Below the pieces are notes generated by a model, which ran no database searches, was not told the DNA's origin, and saw only the letters and a program-made list of their open reading frames with translations. 64,000 nt of DNA from the human T2T-CHM13v2.0 reference genome, Homo sapiens. How positions within the stretch are numbered: position 1 is the stretch's first letter; every line of letters begins with the position of its first letter. The stretch is taken from NCBI RefSeq assembly GCF_009914755.1, contig NC_060927.1; one strand, given 5' to 3'. This document shows, piece after piece, positions 12,634 to 27,235 of the stretch. The position numbers and the translations under genes are program-made.

Positions 12634-14089
12634 AGAGAAAGCTAACTATGTGAGGTGATGAAAACATGAATTGGCTTGATTTTGGTAATCACTTCACAAT
12701 ATATATGTACATCAAGACATCACAACGTGCAACTTGAATATATACTATTTTTATTTACCAATTGTATCTCAATAAAGCTGGGGGCAGGGGGAAAGACTTG
12801 AGGACCATAAGCCACTACCTAAAGCTATATAGAATCCACCTCTAAATCCAGCCACCTGCTCAGTACCCAGAACCTTCCTCAAAAAGCACGCTAAACCAGT
12901 ATCTGCTCCCCACCCAAACTAGTAATGATTTTAAAGATCTTCTTTCTCAGAACCACTCTCAGTATCAAGATCTGGATTAATCAGGGTTCACCAGGGAAAC
13001 AAAAACATGAAAATGTTTACTCATTTATTTATTTTATCTATTTATTATAATAAACTGGGTCATATGATTATGGAGGCTGGCAAGTCCCAATATCTGCAGA
13101 ATGAGTCCATAAGCTGGAGATCCAGTAGAGCCCGCGGTTTAGCTCTAGTTTGAATTCAAAGACCTGGGAAACAGGAGAGCAAATTCCAAGCTGAAGGGTG
13201 GCAGATTCGAGACCCAGGAAAAGCCAATGTTTCAATTTGATTCTGAAGACAAGAAAAAAGCTGATGTATCAGTTCAAAGGCAGACAGACGAAATAATTAT
13301 CTCTCACTTTGGTCAGTTTCTGTTTGTTTGTTTTATTCAATTCTTCAATTGATTGGATGAGGCCCACCAAATCATAAAGAGCAATGTTTGACTCAGTCTA
13401 ATCATTTAAATGTTAATGTCATCCAGAAACACCCTCATTGAAACACCCAGAATAAAGTCTAACTAAATATCTTGGCACTCTGTGGCCCAGTTGAGTTAAC
13501 ACATAATATCACCACAGAGGTTAAGATTGTGAATAGTAGAGGCAGAATTTGAAACTGGGTGCTCTGAGTCAAGAACTTTGGCTTACAAACACTAGCAAAT
13601 ATTGATATATATATACTTCAGCGAAAAAGGAAAGTTATGTCTTAGGTGAAGTATAAATAACCCTGAAAGGAGGCTCTGATACAAATTACCATCACCACGG
13701 ATTTTCCATTTTTGCTTAAATTTCCCAACACTCATAAACACCAAAGAAATTTCTTAAGACTTGTTTTTTTGGTAACCAGTTTATTCTGTTGGAAAGTTGG
13801 GAGGATGAAGTCAAAGTTTCTTCCAAAAGCTTCAAGTCTTCAGTGATTAGAATGTCGATAATATCAGTTTAAGAATAAGAATTTTGATGGAAGAATTTAA
13901 CTTGGGGTTCTAGTGAGATATGCATATGGAAATATCAAAGAGTGACCAGTCCACAATTCAACTGAAAGATTAGAACAAGGTATATAAACCTGTAATGGTG
14001 GGGTCTCCTTTTTCTTTATTTTATATATATATGTATATTTACATATACATATATATGTATATATTATTAAAGCATTATATATATATATA

Positions 14090-14327
14090 TGCTATACTGA
14101 GATATATTTCAGATGCCATACAATTCAACCATTTGAAGTGTACAAGTCAATGGTTTTCAGTGTATTCACAGAGTTATGCCACGGTCTCCACAGTCAACTT
14201 TAGAATATTTTCATTATCTGAAAAAGAAACCTGGGTCCAATAGCAGTCATTTCCCCTTTCCACCCAACCCCCCAGGCATGGGGAACCACCAATTTACTCT
14301 GTCTTCAAAGATTTGGCCTACTATGGA
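14090..14327 (-). mobile_element. L1MB7/8-type 3' end with a (TA)-rich tail at ~14022-14089
   Basis: catacaattcaaccatttgaagtgtacaag...aatagcagtcatttcccc...gatttggcctactatgga matches the antisense L1MB 3'UTR. Confidence 0.8.
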
Positions 14328-14611
14328 GAGAAAATACCATGAAGATAATATCCATAGTGAAAGAAGAGCTGCAAGGAGGCTTCCAGGAAATACAGGGGAG
14401 CTTAACATATCTCTTATGAAACATCTAAAGGACAAGAAATGCACTCACTGTTTGGAGATGGAAACAGAAATGTGCCATTGAATTGGGATCATCCTGTTTG
14501 CCCAAAGTGTATTAGAACAAGATATGCATAAATGTTTCTCACACACCAAATGTGTCCCATGAATGAGAGAGTTTGGCTGAGGACATTGAGTCTGCTCTAA
14601 TAGGCCACTTA

Positions 14612-15016
<405 letters not shown>

Positions 15017-15585
15017 TCAGAAGTTCCTTGTCAAGAAAGTGGTAAACGCAGTCCTGCCTCATGACCCATCTATCTTTTCTTCTAACAGAGAAAACAATCA
15101 GAGCTTTCCAGCTCGGTGAAACCCAGAAGGGCCTGCTAGATGGGACAGAAAGTAGGAGTAACTATACAATCTCGATATATACCCAGGGGAAAAAACCTTC
15201 CTGGTACAATACGAGTGAGCATAAGATAGTTTTACATAAGAGCAGCGTGGTTCTCTGACTTTTCCTCCAAGCTTCACAGATCCAAGAGGAAGTTTGCTCA
15301 CTGAAAGCAGTTTGGGCATATTCAGGCATCTCTACAATAATTTTCAAGGATACAATGTCATTCTCTCTCAATTTGCCCTTAGCAGATGCACACTTCACAG
15401 TATCTCTTTGATGGTTTCCTTGCATTTCCCTGTAAGACGGTGATAAAACACATTCCTTAGATAATGATAGGAAGACAAAAATTGAGCCATGCATGTAAAT
15501 GGTTTTACTCTTTATAAGTAAAAATTATGTTTTTGTTTTATTATTTTTGCCATTATTCTCTTCTCAGTACTACTATAAAAAAAAC

Positions 15586-15808
15586 ACTGTGGTGGTTAAA
15601 AATAGTCTGTTTAATCAAATTACCTAAGGTAGAATCCTGGCTCCATCTTTCAGTAACCATTGCATGGGGACAAGTAATTTTATCTCTCTTAGCCTCTTTT
15701 CTTTCATCCATAGAGTAAGAATGATAATACAATATTTCTTGCAGAGTTTTGGTAAAAATTCAGTGAGCTACAACAGAAAAAACATTCAGTAAATGTTAAC
15801 CAGTTATT
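15586..15808 (+). mobile_element. MIR/MIRb
   Basis: gtggtggttaaaaa...gaatcctggctcc...ttcagtaaatgttaa. Confidence 0.7.
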
Positions 15809-16662
15809 GAAACTTTAGTATGCATAGAGGCTGCTGCATCACAGCCGGGGATTCTCTACTCTGGGTCCATGAAGCCTGGCTGGAGGGGCAAACAGAAAAA
15901 GCCACCAGCCAAGATCATGTGTAACTAGTGCCCTCTTGGGATCAAAGAAAAGAATCAAAATTACTGAGGAATTTGGAAAAGGAAGAGGCATGACGTGGGA
16001 ACGCTAATCCCATAAGAGCTATTAATCATGGACCCCACTCAGGGACCAGGATGCTATGGCAGCCAGTGAGTCAGTTGAATGAAGCTGAAAGTTATTTTTT
16101 GGTCTAAGAAAATAAATCGTCTGAATAGGGTCTCAATGTGGTTTTCACAAGGGTGGGGAAAGTTGATTTGGATTGTATGACGAAAAGAAAACAAAATTTA
16201 CAACCACAAAACAGAGTACAAAGATTCCAAAACTGGCAAGAGGAAACCAAGAATTTTGTAAATAGTTCATAATTCAGTTTCATTCACATCTTCAATCCAG
16301 CAGGATCTATGACTGAGATCAAGTTCCTCTCTCTCTCTCTTCCTTTTGATTTACTACTGTTTTTCCCTTTAGATCCATTCATCTTTTATTCTAAATAGAA
16401 TATCCATGATTGATTAGGTTACTACTGGGCACTTTCTGTTTAAGAGCTGATGGGAATTTTCAGTGTACTAATAATTTGATATGACGTTCAAGTTATTTTA
16501 TTCTTACTGCATTATTTTATTTAACCAAAGCTTAGTAAACTCTGTTGTAAGTTTGTTTTAAAAAGAAAAGAAAAAATAAAAATATTTTCTCATTACTTTG
16601 CCTTTTCAGTGTCCACTATATTAAATTACTTTCTTCTAAATTGTATTGCATTTTCCCTACAG

Positions 16663-16705
16663 GAATTGACGGCTGTCTAATGGATTTATGCAGTGTTTAT
16701 ATAAG
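16663..16705 (+). other. Candidate 43-nt internal exon (unknown transcript)
   Basis: Acceptor ttgcattttccctacag|G and donor AAG|gtaaag in unique sequence. Motif evidence only. Confidence 0.3.
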
Positions 16706-18171
16706 GTAAAGAACACTTCAGTAAAAAATTGATTCAATGTATGTGCACTGTAATTGTAGTAATGTAACTTGACAGGATGAAGTTGCTTTTTTTTTTTTTA
16801 AGTCTGTTTTATAAAGGCATTCTTGGAATTTTCTGGCTTTTCTCTTTGCAAAATGGTCTTCTTTTGTGGCTTGACTGTACACAAAGCAAAGAAAGCATAG
16901 GAGAATATATGTCTCTCTCTCTATATGTATATATATATATATCTATATATAGAGATACAGACATACGTATGTGTATCTATATATTTAAAATTGAAGAAAT
17001 TATCAAAATTCCTTATTTGAAAATTACAATAAAATTACTATAAAACATTTCACTTCAGATACTTCATGCTGATCATAAATGAGGGGCATGGATTTAGAAG
17101 GTAAAAATATATGGAGAAAAAAATTTCAGGAGTATACGACTTGTTTCCATGCTTTCTGCAGGAACTGTAAATTTCTCCTTCTTCTCAATATCCACTTAAG
17201 TTCACCTCTTTTTCCATTACATAATTAGCCAAATCAAATAGAAATACAACTTTGCAATCTTTTCATATTAGGATGCTACATTATTAATTAAAATAAGTAC
17301 ACAGAGCCCAATGGTGGATAATTGCTCCTAATCAATATATGTTATGGGATCATAATCTCTATTTTGAGGTCATGATTAATAATCTAAAAGTTGGATGTTG
17401 AATTTGTTTAGCTATCCATTATGATTTGACTTTGAAGCTGTTATAAAATTTTTTATTTGGCCAGCCAGAGTTGTCATTAGGACTCCTCACCTCCACTCCT
17501 GGCCCCACTCCCATTTCGAGGCCTTCAAGGTCCATAGTCAAAGACAACATAGGTAGCCCCTTTCTGACACAACTATGATAGCCAGGAGCTTCCCTACTGC
17601 TACGTTTGCCTCCTGCTGTGAACTAATTCACAATATTGTACTTCTCGTCAAATGACAACTCATGAACCATCACTTTTATAAGAGCCTAACAACTTCAGCT
17701 AACTACTTCTCTGCACAAACATGACAACTTCTGTCTCATCCTTCCATTTCACCTTTCCCTTTCTATAATTGTAGGTTTTATAATTAGCCATATGTGTCCC
17801 TTCCTTGTCATTAGATTGTGAATCCACTTAGATAGGGACCATATTATCTTTCATTCTACACACCAAATGCATAGTTAAGGTGAATACTACAGATAATGAC
17901 AGAGAGCCAACAGGCTGATGTGAGCAAATTTGAAATAGGAGCTTAAAATATGATGACTTTTTTTATTCTAAAAGTCTGCCATAAAAGCATAAAGAGACTT
18001 CAAACCTGAAAAAGAGTATACTAAAACTAGGAAGCAAAGTGTCAGAAAAGAAATACTATAAACACAGGACACCGACCCAAGGCCACCTGACCTGTGAATT
18101 CACTTCTCATGTTCCTCTCTCTCTCCCCTTGGTGTGAACATTTGGCCCTCTACTGAACTCGTTAACCCAGT

Positions 18172-18859
<688 letters not shown>

Positions 18860-19655
18860 CCACTCCTTCCTATAAACCACTTTTTCTACATGCCTATTAT
18901 GTGCCAGCCACCTTCCACCAAATTTCAGACTGTCCACTTGATTTATATCCTGTGGTTTGTGGAGTCTTTTTCCTAATAATTTCACTACTCCTGCTTTTGA
19001 AAAACATTCTACATACCTATGAATATACATGTTACCTCATTTGGTAAGAAAAACATCTCAATAGTAAACACATTGAGGAAAGTTCCTCCAAAACTTGCTG
19101 CACATTTGTAAAGTTTAGATGACCAGGTAAAGAACTGGGATTAAAACAAGAAACTAACATCTTTTTTGGGTGAAGGAGGTAAAACTAGGGGCAAATGACA
19201 CAGTCAGGTATGTAAAGCAGGAATGCCAAGCCAAACTCATCAATATTAAAACAAACAAGGAGGAACTCTAGACCAGATGTGTAAACTGAATCAGAGCAGA
19301 CCCTGTGATGCAAGTAAATTTAGAGAACGAATGGCCTTTGGAATTAATAACCACTGGTGTGTATATGGAACTATAACTACCTGATAATGTAGAGACCAAA
19401 TTACCTTGGGAATCTAATAACCTTGGGTGTATCCACATGATTATATCCACCTGACTGTATGCTTAAAATCACTGTTTTCCATGAGTTTCTGACACTCCCC
19501 AAGTGGCATTTAATACACAGACATATCTTTTGCAATTTTCAGAAACCGATGATATTTATTACATGGAGAGACAGCAGATACCTTGAAGGTGAAGACTATG
19601 ATTCATTTTTCTTTAAGAGGCAATAGAGCAGGATGGTTAACAGCAAGGGTTCAAG

Positions 19656-19843
19656 CACTGGTGTGCTGAAGCCATTCACTCTGGTCCCAAGACTACACTG
19701 ATAAATATTTAAAAATTTTATGACCCAGTTGTTAAACCTCTATTGATAGCTTGAAATCTGCTATGGTAGGAGTGTCTAAACAACGAAAACAGCAAACACT
19801 ACAAACAAACACTTGTCTTAGCCCATTTACCAGCACAGTATTG
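19656..19843 (+). mobile_element. MER63A (hAT-Blackjack) inserted in a MIR (~19618-19985)
   Basis: cactggtgtgctg...tagcttgaaatc...tttaccagcacagtattg. MIR core gggcctcagtttcctca lies downstream. Confidence 0.8.
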
Positions 19844-20712
19844 GATGATTTGGGACCCAGCTAAACCACATATTGTGGGGAAATTATGTAATTAATTGTG
19901 AAGAAATTATTTAAGCCATCTGGGCCTCAGTTTCCTCAAATGAAAAATAATGGTAAAACCTGTTTCAGAGTGTTATTGGGGAAATACCCAAATTGAGTGT
20001 TCTGTTTCCTGCCAAGACCTTTGACTCACATATTTCTACAAGTTTCTGCTATTCCTTCAAAATACATTTATTTCATTTGGAGGCAATATCCTTTACCTAA
20101 TTGATTACATTGATAATGACAGTATTTCAAATATGAACAACACTTTGAGGGGGTAATTATACCTCTCTAACAACTTTCAAATCATAGTCCATAACTATCT
20201 GTCTACACAGGACAAACTTAAATTTGGGTATCATAACATTGAAAAGGCTAATATAACATTTTGTTAGATAGCAATGCCTACAAAATATAATTACAGTGGC
20301 ATAGAACATATTAAACACCACAGTTGAACTAAATATCTGCTTATATTTGAAATGAGATAAATATGAATGGAAATTTGAGTGCCATCTTCGTGAAGCTTGG
20401 GAAAGTGGAAAGCTTGTGAGATTGGAATCAGAAGACTTCAGGTTTGGTTTTAGCTTAATGCTATATATTGTGACTTGTGGATAAATCATTCAACCTTAAC
20501 TTTTAAGCACATATCTGAAGGCCAGAAATCCAAATATCTGTTATATTTACATGCAAGCTTATCCTGAAGATTGAATTAGATAATATCTTTATAATCATTT
20601 TATAAGATGTAAATAAATGTAAAAAAAGGTTTGTTATACCTTAGCAGTTAGACTACTACCACTAATATGGTGTCTTTTTATTTTTAAAAATGTCAGATTG
20701 TCCTAAGCTATT

Positions 20713-21123
20713 TGATATAGCTTGGATGTTTGTCCCCTCCAAATATCATGCTGAAATGTGGTTCCCAGTGTTGAAGGTGGGGCCCAATGGGAGGTGTTGG
20801 ATCGTGGGGACAGATCTCTTATAAATGGCTTAGCTCCATCCCCTTGGTGAAAAGTGAATTCTTGCTCTGTTAGTTCACATGAGGGTGGGCTGTTTAAAAG
20901 AAGCCTGGCACCCTCTCCCGTCTCTCTCTTGCTCTTCCTCTCACCATGTGACTTGATGGCTCCCCTCTGCCTTCTGCCATGATTGTAAGTTTCCTGAGGC
21001 CCTCACCAGAAGTGCTGTGCTTCCTGTACAGCCTCCAAAACTGTGAGCCAAATAAACTTCTTTTCTTTATAAATTACCCAGTCTCAGGTATTCCTTCATA
21101 GCAGCACAGGACAAACTAATACA
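20713..21123 (+). mobile_element. MSTB MaLR solo LTR
   Basis: tgatatagcttggatgtttgtcccctccaaa...gagccaaataaacttcttttctttataaattacccagtctcagg...actaataca. Confidence 0.9.
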
Positions 21124-21647
21124 CCATCTATAATGTACTGGTTTAGACAGATTTCTGACTAAAGGGATGGGGAAAACAAAATGACCTTTAAGATTCTTCT
21201 TTGGTTTAAAATTGTGAAATTTTAAAATGCCTATTCTTTGAATTGCAAACTGGTAAAATATCAGAGGAAAGAGTATTAATTTATGAAAAATTGGGATGAT
21301 ATAAATAATTTGAGATTTCTAAGTAAATCACATAGTGTGTCAAAAGAATTAAGAGCAATTAATTTCTTAGGTTTTTCAGGAACCAAAGGCGTCAAAATCC
21401 CAATGGAAAAAATGTTTATATCCTCAGGGAACATCTTAAGTGGTGATAGTAGCTCTAATTAATTCTGAAATTCATCTTAATCTACTGGCCAAGGCACCCA
21501 CAAGTGTTAAAGAAAAAGCTATTATAGGTAAATTAATAGTCCTACACTAGTAACAAAGCCACAGTTAGCATATTTAGATAAATATTCTTAAAAGGAAACC
21601 TGATTTCTTAACCTTTTATGAAGTTATCTTTAATTGAACGATAACAT

Positions 21648-21900
21648 TGCATAGTGATTCAAAGCACATTATCACAGATTCTGGAGCCAGACTGTTCAGG
21701 TTGGAATCACAGATCAGCCTCTTGCCAGATGTGTAATTTTGGGCAATGCTTCTAATCTTTCTGTGCCTCAGCTTCCTTACCTATAAAATGAGAGCAATAA
21801 TAGTATCTTTGTTATGGCCTTAGTGTTATAAAGATCAAATGAGTTCAATTACTCAAAGCACTTAGAACAATGTACGACATATATTTTGTCATTGCTGTTG
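21648..21900 (+). mobile_element. MIR
   Basis: tctggagccagactg...tctgtgcctcagcttccttacctataaaatg...aaagcacttagaaca. Confidence 0.85.
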
Positions 21901-22109
21901 TAATAAGATGCTGATCTACCTCCTCCTCTAGCATGCTCCCTATCCCTGTTCTTCAAAAAAGCACTCACAGAGTCACACATCTGTCTAACACGTTGTATTC
22001 CCTACTTTAATCCCTTTTTTTGAGAGGAACGCTTGACTCTAATAGCCTAAAATTAAGGCTTTTCTCACTACCTATACAATATATTCCATTAAATACTCAA
22101 TTATTAATA

Positions 22110-22295
22110 GTTTACATATTTGATATGATTTAATGTTCACTAATACCTGTAATGTAAGCATATTATTGTCTCCATTACACAGAAGCAAAAAAAGGAGACA
22201 CAAACACTTTAAGTAACTTGCTCATGGTCACCTGTGTAGTATGTGTAAGCTAAAACTTCAACTCGGATTTGATTATTGAACAACTCATGCTTCTC
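22110..22295 (-). mobile_element. MIRb
   Basis: tattattgtctccattacacag...ttaagtaacttgctcatggtcac. Confidence 0.7.
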
Positions 22296-22561
22296 AACTA
22301 AGCTGTGACGATGAAATCAGAACAGCAGTAGCCTGTGGGAGATAAAGAAAGGAGCAGGGCTGGTTGCAATTGGTAAGATGAAACTTACTGGGATGATAAG
22401 ACGTGGTCTGCATTGTGATGGGAGCAGTGGTTCCATGGCATGTACCTTTTTCAAAACTACCAAACTGTACACTTAAGATTTGTGCACTTCTTTTTCCCAC
22501 TTCTTTGTCAACTATGCACTTTAAATATGTGCATTTTGTTGTATATAAAATATATGCCTCC
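22296..22561 (+). mobile_element. L1ME-type 3' end
   Basis: gaaatcagaacagcagtagcc...caaactgtacacttaagatttgtgcac. The terminal segment appears twice. Confidence 0.7.
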
Positions 22562-22826
22562 AGGCCTTTACGTTATTTATGCTACTATGCTTCCTTACCC
22601 ACAAGAAGCCTTAATAGTGACCCAAAGTAATTGTTCTCCTACTCTTTTATTATTGTGGTTACAGCAACTTTGTGCTACACGTTTACTTATATTCTCAAGT
22701 TTTTTCAGTATTTATAGATCTTGCTTACAGCATGGTTTTCTCAGTAGCATAGAACATAAGTTTTATTTCTTTTCTTCAGCAACTGCATCTAGCTATATAT
22801 AAACTCATTTAGAAAAATGATATGTG

Positions 22827-23159
<333 letters not shown>

Positions 23160-23190
23160 TCATATTTTTTGCATGCATCTTTCTATTTCA

Positions 23191-23356
<166 letters not shown>

Positions 23357-23987
23357 TAAAGTGTTAATGGTAAATAATTCTATGTTTTTATAGGACTAAT
23401 ACCATCAATTTAGGAATAAAATGATTTGCATTAATTTGTGAAGGACATTTTAATTTAATTTCTTCCGCATTGTGATAACAACTGAAAATGCAAAGCTCCC
23501 CCTATACACACACACATATACACAAACACACACACTTATGCATGCATGCACACAGACACACAGGAGAAGGGGGTTGCTTCAATAGGAGGATAATAATTTT
23601 TCATATTGTCTCTCATTTACTTACAAAATAGTAATGTGGAGGAGCCCTGATTTTGAATGTTATCCTGTGTAAAGTATAAAAACGTGGTCATTGGACTTGC
23701 TATTGTTCAGTCAGAGAATGATCATCATCAAGAATCAGATGACCCTACAGCTTGAAAACAGAATGCAGCACTAGGTCGTACTTTAATGTACCTACAGCTT
23801 TCTACGTATGGTTTAGAAACAGAAGGGTAAGAAAATAAGGGTGAAGGGGTGTCTCTAGCAATTTCTTTAAACATGTATATGAAGCTTTGTCCTTTATGTG
23901 GAAGAACGTATGTTGCACTTAGGGAAAAGATTGTTGAATCGGGACCTATATTTACTATCTCTAGAATTTGGTATTTGTTGTTGGGAA

Positions 23988-23990
<3 letters not shown>

Positions 23991-24034
<44 letters not shown>
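23991..24034. repeat. (TG)22 microsatellite
   Basis: Direct read. Confidence 0.97.
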
Positions 24035-24038
<4 letters not shown>

Positions 24039-25734
24039 AGATAACTAGAAATAATAAAGAAGAATATGCCAAACTCACATTGGCTGGGATAAATTAATGA
24101 GATCAAGACTTAGAGTGCTAAATTTCATCCTAGACAGACTTATTAAAAAGTACTGCAGCCTATTCCATGTACTTTAGGATTAGTATCTTAGACTTTGGCT
24201 TATATACTGCTGATGGCTATCTTATCCTAGAGAGTTTGTAAGTGGAAGAAGAGGAACTACACTTAGAGTAAGAGCCCATGTGTATTCCTCTAAAGATGAT
24301 AGGGGTGAGTTGGATATTGATGTAGTAGAAGTTTGAAGAAAGGATACTGTCTCCAAAGTGGGGAGACTTTCGCAAAGCTAGGATCTAGAATGTATCTTAG
24401 GAGTGATCACTTTGAAATGGTTTGGATACTCTTTCTTGGCCTATGAGAAAATCTCATTTGGTGTTCAATTGTCTTTAGTTTTTACAGGGATTTTCCATTC
24501 AGCAACTTCCAATTCTTCCTTCAAGTTTCATGGTGATGAAATGCAGAATAAGAGGAAGGACCATCAAGGGAAATGTTGGTCACTCTGCTTGTGCCCTTTT
24601 ACTGGGGAAATTCAGAAAAAGTTTTCATAGTTAATAATTAGCAGAGAAGGTCACTATGGCTCATAATAGATGGCCAAATGTCTGCTAGAGCTCCACATGG
24701 AATAACAATTGACACAAGGCAAATCTGAAATGGGTATTCAAAAGTTCCTTTCTTCCCAACATATTACAGTAAGGTTACCTTTTAAGGAGATGAGAAAGGT
24801 AATATAGCTCTGAATAAGTAAATACAGTAAAAATACAATATTATATTCTTATGACTTTTTGTCTCCTTTTAAAAATCTCAAATCTCAAATACAGTACTTT
24901 GATCTTTAAGTGAAAACATAAAAATATTCAAAGAGGCTTGTCTTCAATGGGTTAATATCTTTAGAATTGTCCTAGGTAAGACACATTGGCCAACAGTGAA
25001 GAAATAGTTGTATATGTGGGATGTCCAAACAGAATTGGGTTTTTGTTGTTGTGCTTATTGAACTATAAAGTACCAGCATTGTCATGATTTTATTTTTATT
25101 ACATGTCATCTGAAAAGAAAATCACATTCTTTCAACCCGCTGATGAATGAACACTTGAGCCATGCAAATGTATTTCCATTTGAACTTTATATTTCTTTAT
25201 TACTTCAAGTGACATTGATTTCACTGCCCTCAATATAAACTACATGCATTTCATTCAGAGGGGAAAAAAACTTCATATATGCAATGTCAATTTATATTGT
25301 AAAGGAACCAATAAACCCCTAAAACCTTATTATCTTTATAAATAACTTGATAATCTGTTGCTTGCAGAGCATTAAACATCTCTGTTCTAAACTTGCTTAT
25401 AATCTAGTAAGGGAGGCAAGAAAAAAATACCGAGATAAATAAGATGCAAGGCAGCATATGCTAAATATATTCACTGAATTTTTAAAAAACATCTTAAGTA
25501 AATTTCTCTTCTGCAGGGTATAAAGAAGCAGGCTGTGCATTATGAAAGATAAAAAAGATATTTTAAGGTAAAAAATGATCCTTTAAAAATTTTAGTTTAG
25601 TTGGGTAAGACATGGGGAATATGAACGCAAGGAGTGACTTAGAAGAGAATGAATATGAGGATTAGCTAAATCTAGTGATCTTCAGATTGTAAAGATAGAA
25701 AACTGATTTTACTGTGCTTAAAAATCCTTGTCAC

Positions 25735-26142
<408 letters not shown>

Positions 26143-26227
26143 TCAGGAGGAGACAGCAGATGAGTTGGTCTTTGAATGATGGATAAGGCTGAAGGATGGA
26201 GTCATAGGAATCATTTCAAGCATAGTA

Positions 26228-26272
26228 TCAGGTTGATGCAAAAGTATTTGTGGTTTTTGCCATTAAAAGTAA
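26228..26272. mobile_element. MADE1 (Hsmar1 MITE), one arm only
   Basis: tcaggttgatgcaaaagtatttgtggtttttgccattaaaagtaa matches the Hsmar1 TIR plus spacer, preceded by TA. Confidence 0.8.
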
Positions 26273-26994
26273 AACCTTTATGCCACAGTTGTAAAGGTTT
26301 GAGATATGGGAGGGGAAGGGTCAAGAATGTTTAACAATTTTTATAAGAATTTTAAAGTCAGTCTTTAGTTTAAATCTACACATCTCCTACTCACCTTCTG
26401 TGTAACCTAACAATTATAATCCCTCCATTTTTTCATCTAGAAAATGGAAAAATACTGATGTAATAATGTTTTACAAAATTAAATGTAATATCCAATCACA
26501 GAGGCTGCCACTTGCAAGGGCTTTAAAAATAATAGTAGTAAGTTGGTGAGTGAGTTTACTGCTAACAGTCAGATACTGGCTGAGGAATGTCAACAGACGT
26601 GGTTTACTGTATAACAATGCTCCTTCAAGAAAATGTTAAGTCTTGATGAGTTATCACACCCTATAATCCTGTGAGCTTTGTTTGTATTGATATGTGTTCG
26701 CTCTGTTTTGCAAAAATGTTACCATTTACAGCATAGGGCAACTTGAGCCAGTCAGTTTAAAAGGCTGCTAAAAATACGTCTCTCATTCTTAGGTGCTCAA
26801 TCAATGTTCTTGCCTCACATTGGGAAGCAACAGTTGTCTACTTTGGTTAGAATATGGAGCCCAGACATGCAAGGAAGTTATGAAAGATAAGGCTAAAAAT
26901 GCAGTTTGAAAATAGATTTAAAGAACCTTGTGCCAGAGTGACAAATTTTCAACATCATGCTCATCTACTTGCTTGCTCATCTAGATCAATAAAT

Positions 26995-27235
26995 ATTTTC
27001 AACTTAGCCATCACCTCCTCTATGAAATCCTGATTCTTTTAAGTAAAACTAATCAGTTCCATTTTATGACATGGCTGAACTCTACAAACTCATTGCATTT
27101 TACCTTGTTTACATTGTTATGTCCTCACCCTGGATGGTGAATTCTGTAGACTATATCTTATTCATTGTATTTTCATCGATTATGTTCACAGGAAATTTGT
27201 CACATAATAGATTCTCAATAAATGCTCCTAAATTT
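26995..27235 (+). mobile_element. L2 3' end
   Basis: catcacctcctctatgaa...tcttattcattgtatt...cacataatagattctcaataaatg. Confidence 0.7.

Larger units (their letters stand above)
9281..12781 (+). mobile_element. 5'-truncated L1MA8/L1MA9 (ORF2 3' part plus 3'UTR)
   Basis: Collinear ORF2 RT landmarks (aggccaatatccctgatgaaca; acaaggatgcccactctc; gatgacatgatc). The L1MA8/9-type 3'UTR ends ctcaataaagctgg. Confidence 0.9.
7785..13516 (-). mobile_element. Internally deleted ERV-L provirus (MLT2B-type LTRs, ERVL-B4-like internal), interrupted by L1MA
   Basis: Paired LTRs at 7785-8385 (3') and 12973-13516 (5'). Leu-type PBS remnant at ~12948-12972, PPT remnant at ~8386-8400, 5-bp TSD caggt (7780-7784) / gaggt (13517-13521). 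Internal sequence spans 8386-9280. Confidence 0.9.

Noticed and set aside
23728-24106. HTHTHT / VCVCVC ORFs
   Set aside because: Produced by the (TG)22 microsatellite.
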